From Eledone cirrhosa (lineage: Eukaryota): a stretch of 64,000 nt of DNA. Positions 12,001 to 23,100 of this stretch are shown in pieces; within the stretch, counting starts at the first letter, position 1; the number at the start of each line of letters is the position of its first letter. The translations under genes were made by a program, and so were the position numbers. The stretch is taken from the NCBI GenBank assembly GCA_964016885.1, contig OZ024743.1:140988001-141052000 (forward strand), read 5' to 3'. The notes under the pieces were generated by a model. That model was not told the DNA's origin. It was given only the letters and a program-made list of their open reading frames with translations, and ran no database searches.

Positions 12001-14150
12001 GTGTTTGGTGTTTGCTGTTTGGTGTTTGGTCTTTGGTGCTTGGTTTTTGGTGCTTGGTGCTTGGTGTTTGGTGTTTGGTGCTTGGTGCTTGGTGTTTGGT
12101 GTTTGGTGCTTGGTGTTTGGTGTTTGGTGCTTGGTGTCTGGTGCTTGGTGTTTGGTGTTTGGTGCTTGGTGTTTGGTGTTTGGTGCTTGGTGTTTGGTGT
12201 TTGGTATTTGGTGCTTCGTGCTTGCTGTTTGGTGTTTGGTGTTTGGTGCTTGGTGTCTGGTGCTTGGTGTTTGGTGTTTGGTGCTTGGTGTTTGGTGTTT
12301 GGTGTTTGGTGCTTGGTGCTTGGTGCTTGGTGTTTGGTGTTTGGTGTTTGGTGCTTGGTGCTTGGTGTTTGGTGCTTGGTGCTGGGTGGTTGGTGTTTGG
12401 TGCTTGGTGTTTGGTGCTGGGTGCTTGGTGTTTGGTGCTGGGTGCTTGGTGTTTGGTGCTGGGTGCTTGGTGTTTGGTGCTTGATGCTTGGTCTTTGGTG
12501 CTTGGTGTTTGGTGCTTGGTGCTTGGTGCTTGGTGTTTGGTGCTTGGTGCTTGGTGTTTGGTGCTTGGTGCTTGGTGTTTGGTTTTTGGTGCTTGCTGCT
12601 GGCTACGTGGTGTTTGATGCGTGGTGATTGGTGCTTGGTGTTTGGTGCTTGGTGTTTGGTGTTTGATGCTTGGTGCTTGGTGCTTGGTGTTTCGTGCTTG
12701 GTGCTTGGTGTTTGGTGCTTGGTGCTTGGTATTTGGTGCTTGGTGTTTGGTGCTTGGTGCTTGGTGTTTGGTGTTTGGTGCTTGGTGTTTGGTGCTTGGT
12801 ACTTGGTGCTTGGTGCTTGGTGTTAGGTGTTTGGTGCTTGGTGCTTGGTGTCTGGTTTTTGGTGCTTGGTGCTTGGTGTTTGGTGTTTGGTGCTTGCTGC
12901 TGGCTGCTTGGTGTTTGGTGCTTGGTGATTGCTGCTTGGTGTTTGGTGCTTGGTGTTTGGTGTTATATGCTTGGTGTTTGATGCTTGGTGCTTGGTGCTT
13001 GGTGTTTGGTGTTTGGTGTTTGATGCTTGGTGCTTGGTGTTTGGTGCTTGGTGCTTGGTGTTTGTACTTGGTGCTTGGTGCTTGGTGCTTGGTGTTTGGG
13101 GCTTGGTGTTTGGTGCTTGGTGCTTGGTGCTTGCTCCTTGGTGCTTGGTGTTTGGTGGTTGGTGTTTGTTGCTTGGTGTTAGGTGTTTGGTGCTTGGTGC
13201 TTGGTGTTTGGTGTTTGGTGCTTGGTGTTTGGTGCTTGGTACTTGGTGCTTGGTGCTTGGTGTTAGGTGTTTGGTGCTTGGTGTTTGGTGCTTGGTGTTT
13301 GGTGCTTGGTGCTTGGTGCTTGGTGCTTGGTGTTTGGTGGTTGGTGTTTGGTGCTTGGTGTTTGGTGCTTGGTGTTAGGTGTTTGGTGCTTGGTGCTTGG
13401 TGTTTGGTGTTTGGTGCTTGGTGCTTGGTGCTTGGTGCTTGGTGTTTGGTGGTTGGTGTTTGGTGCTTGGTGTTTGGTGCTTGGTGTTAGGTGTTTGGTG
13501 TTTGGTGGTTGGTGTTTGGTGCTTGGTGTTTGGTGCTTGGTGTTAGGTGTTTGGTGCTTGGTGTTAGGTGTTTGGTGCTTGGTGCTTGGTGTTTGGTGCT
13601 TGGTGCTTGGTGTTTGGTGCTTGGTGTTTGGTGCTTGGTGTTTGGTGCTTGGTGCTTGGTGCTTGGTGTTTGGTGCTTGGTGTTTGGTGCTTGGTGTTAG
13701 GTGTTTGGTGCTTGGTGCTTGGTGTTTGGTGTTTGGTGCTTGGTGTTTGGTGTTTGGTGTTATATGCTTGGTGTTTGATGCTTGGTGCTTGGTGCTTGGT
13801 GTTTGGTGCTTGGTGTTTGATGCTTGGTGCTTGGTGCTTGGTGTTTGGTGCTTGGTGCTTGGTGTTTGTACTTGGTGCTTGGTGCTTGGTTCTTGTTGTT
13901 TGGTGTTTGGTGCTTGGTGCTTGGTGTTTGGTGCTTGGTGTTTGGTGCTTGGTGTTTGGTGCTTGGTGCTTGGTGCTTGGTGTTTGGTGCTTGGTGTTTG
14001 GTGCTTGGTGTTAGGGGTTTGGTGCTTGGTGCTTGGTGTTTGGTGCTTGGTGTTTGGTGCTTGGTGCTTGGTGTTTGGTGCTTGGTGCGGGGTGGTTGGT
14101 GTTTAGTGCTTGGTGTTTGGTGCTGGGTGCTTGGTGTTTGGTGTTTGGTG
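4500..14150 (+). repeat. Tandem duplication (HOR), period 4831 bp (4810 bp in the distal part), two copies (~4500-9333 and ~9334-14150)
   Basis: ORF pairs are offset by 4831 (4563/9394, 4808/9639, 5618/10449, 6615/11446, 7657/12488), then by 4810 (8457/13267, 8758/13568) after a 3-monomer deletion. Rare variants are shared, e.g. GGCTACGTGG at ~7770 and ~12601. Confidence 0.93.
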
Positions 14151-17100
14151 CTTGGTGCTTGGTGCTTGGTGTTTGGTGCTTGGTGCTTAGTGTTTGGTGC
14201 TTGTGTGCTTGGTGCTTGGTGTTTGGTGCTTGGTGTTTGGTGCTTGGTGCTTGGTGCTTGGTGCTTGGTGTTTGGTGTTTGGTGTTAGGTGTTTGGTGCT
14301 TGGTGCTTGGTGTTTGGTGTTTGGTGCTTGGTGTTTGGTGCTTGGTGTTTGGTGTTAGGTGTTTGGTGCTTGGTGTTTGGTGTTTGGTGCTTGGTGTTTG
14401 GTGCTTGGTGTTTGGTGCTTGGTGTTTGGTGCTTGGTACTTGGTGCTTGGTGCTTGGTGTTAGGTGTTTGGTGCTTGGTGTTTGGTGTTTGGTTTTTGGT
14501 GCTTGGTGCTTGGTGTTTGGTGTTTGGTGCTTGCTGCTGGCTGCTTGGTGTTTGATGCTTGGTGATTGGTGCTTGGTGTTTTGGGCTTGGTGTTTGGTGT
14601 TTGGTGCTAGGTGCTTGGTGTTTGGTGCTTGGTGCTTGGTGCTTGGTGTTTGGTGTTTGGTGCTTGGTGCTTGGTGTTTGGTCCTTGGTGCTGGGTGGTT
14701 GGTGTTTAATGCTTGGTGTTTAGTGCTGGGTGCTTGGTGTTTGGTGCTTGGTGCTTGGTCTTTGGTGCTTGGTGTTTGGTGTTTGGTGCTTGGTGCTTGG
14801 TGCTTGGTGTTTGGTGCTTGGTGCTTGGTGCTTGGTGTTTGGTGCTTGGTGCTTAGTGTTTGGTGCTTGGTGCTTAGTGTTTGGTGCTAGGTGCTTGGTG
14901 TTTGGTGCTTGGTGTTTGGTGTTTGGTGCCTGGTGCTTGGTGTTTGGTGTTTGGTGTTTGGTGCTTGGTGTTTGGTGTTTGTTGTTTGGTGTTTGTTGTT
15001 TGGTGTTTGTTGTTTGGTGTTTGCTGTTTGGTGTTTGGTGTTTGCTTTTTGGTGTTTGGTGTTTGCCGTATGTTGTTTGCTGTTTGGTGTTTGGTGTTTG
15101 GTGTTTGGTGCTTGGTGTTTGGTGCTTGGTGCTTGGTATTTGGTGCCTGGTGCTTGGTGCTTGGTGCTTGGTGTTTGGTGTTTTGTGCTTGGTGCTTGGA
15201 TTTTGGTGTTTGGTGCTTGGTGATTGGTGATTCGTGTTTCGTGTTTGGTTTTTGGTGATTGGTGCTTGGTGCTTGGTCCTTGGTGTTTGGTGCTGGGTGC
15301 TTTGTGTTTGGTGCTTGGTGCTTGGTGCTTGGTGTTTGGTGTTTGCTGCTTGGTGTTTGATGCTTGGTGCTTGGTGCTTGGTGTTTTGTGTTTGGTGCTT
15401 GGTGCTTGGTGTTTGGTGCTTGGTGCTTGGTGCTTGGTGTTTGTACTTGGTGCTTGGTGATTGGTGTTTGGTTCTTGGTTCTTGGTGTTTGGTGTTTGGC
15501 GTTTGGTGTTTGGTGTTTGGTGCTTGGTGTTTGGTGCTTGGTGCTTGGTGTTTGGTGCCTGGTGCTTGGTGCTTGGTGCTTGGTGTTTGGTGTTTGGTGC
15601 TTGGTGCTTGGTGCTTGGAGTTTGGTGTTTGGTGCTTAGTGCTTGGTGTTTTGTGTTTGGTGTTTGGTTTTTGGTCCTTGGTGCTTGGTCCTTGGTGTTT
15701 GGTGCTGGGTGCTTTGTGTTTGGTGCTTGGTGCTTGGTGTTTGGTGTTTGCTGCTTGGTGTTTGGTGCTTGGTGCTTGGTGCTTGGTGTTTGTACTTGGT
15801 GCTTGGTGCTTGGTGTTTGGTTCTTGGTTCTTGGTGTTTGGTACTTGGTGCTTGGTGCTTGATGTTTGGTGTTTGGTGCTTGGTGTTTGGTGCTTGGTGC
15901 TTGGTGCTTGGTGTTGGTGTTTGGTGCTTGGTCCTTGGTGTTTGGTGCTTGGTGTTTGGTGTTTGCTGTTTGGTGTTTGGTGTTTGGTGTTTGGTGTTTG
16001 CTGTTTGGTGTCTGCTTTTTGGTGTTTAGTGTTTGCTGTATGGTGTTTGGTGTTTGCTGTTTGGTGTTTGGTATTTGGTGCTTGGTGTTTGGTGTTTGGT
16101 GCTTTGTGCTTGGTGTTTGGTGTTTGGTGCTTGGTGTTTGGTGTTTGGTGCTTGGTGTCTGGTGCTTGGTGTTTGGTGTTTGGTGCTTGCTGCTGGCTGC
16201 TTCGTGTTTGATGCATGGTGATTGGTGCTTGGTGTTTGGTGCTTGGTGTTTGGTGTTTGATGCTTGGTGCTTGGTGCTTGGTGTTTGGTGCTTGGTGCTT
16301 GGTGTTTGGTGCTTGGTGCTTGGTGTTTGGTGCTTGGTGTTTGGTGCTTGGTGCTTGGTGTTTGGTGTTTGGTGCTTGGTGTTGGGTGCTTGGTACTTGG
16401 TGCTTGGTGCTTGGTGTTAGGTGTTTGGTGCTTGGTGCTTGGTGTCTGGTGTCTGGTTTTTGGTGCTTGGTGCTTGGTGTTTGGTGTTTGGTGCTTGCTG
16501 CTGGCTGCTTGGTGTTTGGTGCTTGGTGAATGCTGCTTGGTGTTTGGTGCTTGGTGTTTGTACTTGGTGCTTGGTGCTTGGTTCTTGGTGTTTGCTGCTT
16601 GGTGCTTGGTGTTTGGTGCTTGGTGTTTGGTGTTTGGTGCTTGGTGTTTGGTGCTTGGTGTTTGGTGCTTGGTGCTTGGTGCTTGGTGTTTGGTGCTTGG
16701 TGTTTGGTGCTTGGTGTTAGGTGTTTGGTGCTTGGTGCTTGGTGTTTGCTGTTTGCTGTTTGGTGTTTGGTGTTTGGTGTTTGCCGTTTCGTGTCTACTT
16801 TTTGGTGTTTGGTTTTTTGCTGTATGTTGTTTGGTGTTTGGTGTTTGGTGCTTGGTGCTTGGTGTTTGTACTTGATGCTTGGTGCTTGGTTCTTGGTGTT
16901 TGGTGCTTGGTGCTTGGTGTTTGGTGCTTGGTGTTTGGTGTTTGGTGCTTGGTGTTTGGTGCTTGGTGTTTGGTGCTTGGTGCTTGGTGCTTGGTGCTTG
17001 GTGTTTGGTGCTTGGTGTTTGGTGCTTGGTGTTCGATGCTTGGTGCTTGGTGCTTGGTGTTTGGTGCTTGGTGCTTGGTGTTTGTACTTGGTGCTTGGTG

Positions 17101-20100
17101 CTCGGTTCTTGGTGTTTGGTGCTTGGTGCTTGGTGTTTGGTGCTTGGTGCTTGGTGTTTGGTGCTTGGTGTTTGGTGCTTGGTGTTTGGTGCTTGGTGCT
17201 TGGTGCTTGGTGCTTGGTGTTTGGTGCTTGGTGTTTGGTGCTTGGTGTTAGGTGTTTGGTGCTTGGTGCTTGGTGTTTGGTGCTTGGTGTTTGGTGCTTG
17301 GTGTTTGGTGTTAGGTGTTTGATGCTTGGTGTTTGGTGTTTGGTGCTTGGTGTTTGGTGCTTGGTGCTTGGTGTTTGGTGTTTGGTGCTTGGTGTTTGGT
17401 GCTTGGTACTTGGTGCTTGGTGCTTGGTGTTAGGTGTTTGGTGCTTGGTGATTGGTTTTTGGTGCTTGGTGCTTGGTGTTTGGTGTTTGGTGCTTGCTGC
17501 TGGCTGCTTGGTGTTTGATGCTTGGTGATTTGTGCTTGGTGTTTGGTGCTTGGTGTTTGGTGTTTGGTGCTAGGTGCTTGGTGTTAGGTGTTTGGTGCTT
17601 GGTGCTTGGTGTTTGGTGTTTGGTGCTTGGTGTTTGGTGTTTGGTGTTTGGTGCTTGGTGTTTGGTGTTTGGTGCTTGGTGTTTGGTGCTTGGTATTTGG
17701 TACTTGGTGCTTGGTGTTAGGTGTTTGGTGCTTGGTGCTTGGTGTTTGGTTTTTGGTGCTTGGTGCTTGGTGTTTGGTGTTTGGTGCTTGCTGCTGGCTG
17801 CTTGGTGTTTGGTGCTTGGTGATTGGTGCTTGGTGTTTGGTGCTAGGTGCTTGGTGCTTGGTGTTTGGTGCTTGGTGCTTGGTGTTTGGTGCTTGGTGAT
17901 TGGTGTTTGGTGCTTGGTGCTGGGTGGTTGGTGTTTGGTGCTTGATGTTTGGTGCTTGGTGCTTGGTCTTTGGGGCTTGGTGTTTGGTGTTTGGTGCTTG
18001 GTGCTTGGTGCTTGGTGTTTGGTGCTTGGTGCTTGGTGTTTAGTGCTTGGTGCTTAGTGTTTGGTGCTAGGTGCTTGGGGTTTGGTTCTTGGTTCTTGGT
18101 GTTAGGTATTTGCTGTTTGCTGTTTGGTGTTTGTTGTTTGGTGTTTGTTGTTTGGTGTTTGCTGTTTGGTGTTTGGTGTTTGCTGTTTCGTGTCTGCTTT
18201 TTGGTGTTTGGTGTTTGCTGTATGTTGTTTGGTGTTTGGTGTTTGGTGTTTGGTGTTTGGTGCTTGGTGCTTGGTGCTTGGTGTTTGGTGCTTGGTGCTT
18301 GGTGTTTGGTGCCTGGTGCTTGGTGCTTGGTGTTTGGTGTTTGATGCTTGGTGCTTGGTGCTTGGTGCTTGGTGTTTTGTGTTTGGGGTTTGGTTTTTGG
18401 TGCTTGGTGCTTGGTGCTTGGTCCTTGGTGTTTGGTGCTGGGTGCTTTGTGTTTGGTGCTTGGTGTTTGGTGTTTGCGGCTTGGTGTTTGATGCTTGGTG
18501 CTTGGTGCTTGGTGTTTTGTGTTTGGTGCTTGGTGCTTGGTGTTTGGTGCTTGGTGCTTGGTGTTTGTACTTGGTGCTTGGTGCTTGGTGTTTGGTTCTT
18601 GGTTCTTGGTGTTTGGTACTTGGTGCTTGGTGCTTGGTGCTTGGTGTTTCGTGTTTGGTGCTTGGTGTTTGGTGCTTGGTGCTTGGTGCTTGGTGCTTGG
18701 TGCTTGGTGTTTGGTGCTTGGTGTTTGGTGTTTGCTGTTTGGTGTTTGGTGTTTGGTGTTTGGTGTTTGCTGTTTGGTGTCTGCTTTTTGGTGTTTAGTG
18801 TTTGCTGTATGGTGTTTGCTGTTTCGTGTTTGGTGTTTGTTGTTTGGAGTTTGGTCTTTGGTGCTTGGTGTTTGGTGCTTGGTGCTTGGTGCTTGGTGTT
18901 TGGTGTTTGGTGCTTGGTGCTTGGTGTTTGGTGTTTGTTGTTTGGTGCTTGGTGTCTGGTGCTTGGTGTTTGGTGTTTGGTGCTTGGTGTTTGGTGTTCG
19001 GTGTTTGGTGCTTTGTGCTTGGTGTTTGGTGTTCGGTGTTTGGTGCTTGGTGTTTGGTGTTTGGTGCTTTTTGCTTGGTGCTTGGTGCTTGGTGTTTGGT
19101 GCTTGGTGTTTGGTGCTGGGTGCTTGGTGCTTTGTGTTTGGTGTTTGGTGCTTGGTGCTTAGTGTTTGGTGTTTGGTGTTATATGCTTGGTGTTTGATGC
19201 TTGGTGCTTGTTGCTTGGTGTTTGGTGTTTGGCGTTTGATGATTGGTGCTTGGTGCTTGGTGTTTGGTGCTTGGTGCTTGGTGCTTGGTGCTTGGTGTTT
19301 GGTGCTTGGTGCTTGGTGTTTGGTGCTTGGTGTTTAGTGTTTGGTGCTTGGTGCTTAGTGTTTGGTGCTAGGTGCTTGGTGTTTGGTGCTTGGTGTTTAG
19401 GTGCCTGGTGCTTGGTGTTTGGTGTTTGGTGTTTGGTGCTTGGTGCTTGGTGTTTGGTGTTTGCTGTTTGCTGTTTGGTGTTAGTTGTTTGGTGTTTGTT
19501 GTTTGGTGTTTGCTGTTTGGTGTTTGGTGTTTGCTTTTTGGTGTTTAGTGTTTGCTGTATGTTGTTTGCTGTTTGGTGTTTGGTGTTTGGTGTTTGGTGT
19601 TTGGTGCTTGTTCCTTGGTGTTTGGTGTTTGGTGCCTGGTGCTTGGTTCTTGGTGCTTGGTGTTTGGTGTTTGGTGCTTGGTGCTTGGTGCTTGGAGTTT
19701 GGTGTTTGGTGCTTGGTGCTTGGTGTTTTGTGTTTCGTGTTTGGTTTTTGGTGCTTGGTGCTTGGTGCTTGGTCCTTGGTGTTTGGTGCTGGGTGCTTTG
19801 TGTTTGGTGCTTGGTGCTTGGTGCTTGGTGTTTGGTGTTTGCTGCTTGGTGTTTGATGCTTGGTGCTTGGTGCTTGGTGTTTTGTGTTTGGTGCTTGGTG
19901 CTTGGTGTTTGGTGTTTGGTGCTTGGTGCTTGGTGCTTGGTGTTTGTACTTGGTGCTTGGTGCTTGGTGTTTGGTTCTTGGTTCTTGATGTTTGGTGTTT
20001 GGCGTTTGGTGTTTGGTGCTTGGTGCTTGGTGTTTGGTGCCTGGTGCTTGGTGCTTGGTGCTTGGAGTTTGGTGTTTGGTGTTTGGTGTTTGGTGTTTGC

Positions 20101-23100
20101 TGCTTGGTTCTTGGTGTTTGGTGCTTGGTGCTTGGTGCTTGGTGTTTGTACTTGGTGCTTGGTGCTTGGTGTTTGGTTCTTGGTTCTTGGTGTTTGGATA
20201 CTTGTTGCTTGATGCTTGGTGCTTGATGTTTGGTGTTTGGTGCTTGGTGTTTGGTGCTTGGTGCTTGGTGCTTGGTGTTAGGTGTTTGGTGCTTGGTCCT
20301 TGGTGTTTGGTGCTTGGTGTTTGGTGTTTGCTGTTTGGTGTTTGGTGTTTGGTGTTTGGTGTTTGCTGTTTGGTGTCTGCTTTTTGGTGTTTAGTGTTTG
20401 CTGTATGGTGTTTGGTGTTTGCTGTTTGGTGTTTGGTCTTTGGTGCTTGGTGCTTGGTGCTTGGTGTTATATATGCTTGGTGTTTGATGCTTGGTGCTTG
20501 GTGCTTGGTGTTTGGTGTTTGGTGTTTGATGCTTGGTGCTTGGTGTTTGGTGCTTGGTGCTTGGTGTTTGTACTTGGTGCTTGGTGCTTCGTGCTTGGTG
20601 TTTGGAGCTTGGTGTTTGGTGCTTGGTGCTTGGTGTTTGGTGCTTGGTGCTTGGTGCTTGGTGCTTGGTGTTTGGTGGTTGGTGTTTGGTGCTTGGTGTT
20701 AGGTGTTTGGTGCTTGGTGCTTGGTGTTTGGTGTTTAGTGCTTGGTGTTTGGTGCTTGGTGCTTGGTGTTTGGTGCTTGGTACTTGGTGCTTGGTGCTTG
20801 GTGTTAGGTGTTTGGTGCTTGGTGTTTGGTGCTTGGTGTTTGGTGCTTGGTGCTTGGTGCTTGGTGCTTGGTGTTTGGTGGTTGGTGTTTGGTGCTTGGT
20901 GTTAGGTGTTTGGTGCTTGGTGCTTGGTGTTTGGTGTTTGGTGCTTGGTGTTTGGTGTTTGGTGCTTGGTGTTTGGTGCTTTTTGCTTGGTGCTTGGTGC
21001 TTGGTGTTTGGTGCTTGGTGCTTGGTGTTTGGTGTTGGGTGCTTGGTGCTTGGTGTTTGGTGTTTGGTGTTTGGTGTTATATGCTTGGTGTTTGATGCTT
21101 GGTGCTTGGTGTTTGGTGTTTGGTGTTTGGTGCTTGGTGTTTGATGCTTGGTGCTTGGTGCTTGGTGTTTGGTGCTTGGTGCTTGGTGTTTGGTGTTTGG
21201 TGCTTGGTGTTTGGTGATTGATGCTTGGTGCTTGGTGCTTGGTGTTTGGTGGTTGGTGCTTGGTGCTTGGTGTTAGGTGTTTGGTGCTTGGTGCTTGGTG
21301 TTTGGTGTTTGGTGCTTGGTGTTTGGTGTTTGGTTGTTGGTGTTTGGTGCTTGGAACTTGGTGCTTGGTGCTTGGTGTTAGGTGTTTGGTGCTTGGTGCT
21401 TGGTGTCTGGTTTTTGGTGCTTGGTGCTTGGTGTTTGGTGTTTGGTGCTTGCTGCTGGTTGCTTGGTGTTTGGTGCTTGATGATTGGTGCTTGGTGTTTG
21501 GGGCTTGGTGTTTGGTGTTTGGTGCTAGGTGCTTGGTGTTTGGTGCTTGGTGCTTGGTGTTTGTACTTGGTGCTTGGTGCTTGGTTCTTTGTGTTTGGTG
21601 CCTGGTGCTTGGTGTTTGGTGCTTGGTGCTTGGTGTTTGGTGCTTGGTGCTTGGTGCTTGGTGTTTGGTGCTTGGTGTTAGGTGTTTGGTGCTTGGTGCT
21701 TGGTGTTTGGTGTTTGGTGCTTGGTGCTTGGTGTTTGGTGTTTGGTGCTTGGTGTTTGGTGTTTGGTGTTATATGCTTGGTGTTTGATGCTTGGTGCTTG
21801 GTGCTTGGTGTTTGGTGCTTGGTGTTTGATGCTTGGTGCTTGGTGCTTGGTGTTTGGTGCTTGGTGCTTGGTGTTTGTACTTGGTGCTTGGTGCTTGGTT
21901 CTTGGTGTTTGGTGCTTGGTGCTTGGTGTTTGGTGCTTGGTGCTTGGTGTTTGGTGCTTGGTGTTTGGTGCTTGGTGTTTGGTGCTTGGTGCTTGGTGCT
22001 TGGTGCTTGGTGTTTGGTGCTTGGTGTTTGGTGCTTGGTGTTAGGTGTTTGGTGCTTGGTGTTTGGTGTTTGGTTTTTGGTGCTTGGTGCTTGGTGTTTG
22101 GTGCTTGCTGCTGGCTGCTTGGTGTTTGATGCTTGGTGATTGGTGCTTGGTGTTTGGTGCTTGGTGTTTGGTGTTTGGTGCTAGGTGCTTGGTGTTTGGT
22201 CCTTGGTGCTTGGTGCTTGGTGTTTGGTGCTTGGTGCTTGGTCTTTGGTGCTTGGTGTTTGGTGTTTGGTGCTTAGTGCTTGGTGCTTGGTGTTTGGTGC
22301 TTGGTGCTTGGTGTTTGGTGCTTGGTGCTTAGTGTTTGGTGCTTGGTGCTTAGTGTTTGGTGCTAGGTGCTTGGTGTTTGGTGCTTGGGGCTTGGTGTTT
22401 GGTGCCTGGTGCTTGGTGTTTGGTGCTTGGTGCTTGGTGTTTGCTGTTTGCTGTTTGCTGTTTGGTGTTTGTTGTTTGGTGTTTGTTGTTTGGTGTTTGC
22501 TGTTTGGTGTTTGGTGTTTGCTTTTTGGTGTTTGGTGTTTGCTGTATGTTGTTTGCTGTTTGGTGTTTGGTGTTTGGTCTTTGGTGCTTGGTGCTTGGTG
22601 TTTGGTGCTTGGTGCTTGGTGTTTCGTGCCTGGTGCTTGGTGCTTGGTGCTTGGTGCTTGGAGTTTGGTGTTTGGTGCTTGGTGCTTGGTGTTTTGTGTT
22701 TCGTGTTTGGTTTTTGGTGCTTGGTGCTTGGTGCTTGGTCCTTGGTGTTTGGTGCTGGGTGCTTTGTGTTTGGTGCTTGGTGCTTGGTGCTTGGTGTTTT
22801 GTGTTTGGTGCTTGGTGCTTGGTGCTTGGTGCTTGGTGCTTGGTGTTTGTACTTGATGCTTGGTGCTTGGTGTTTGGTTCTTGGTTCTTGGTGTTTGGTA
22901 CTTGGTGCTTGGTGTTTGGTGTTTGCTGTTTGGTGTTTGGTGTTTGGTGTTTGGTGTTTGCTGTTTGGTGTCTGCTTTTTGGTGTTTAGTGTTTGCTGTA
23001 TGGTGTTTGGTGTTTGCTGTTTGGTGTTTGGTCTTTGGTGCTTGGTGTTTGGTGCTCGGTGCTTGGTGTTTGGTATTCGGTGCTTGGTGCTTTGTGTTTG

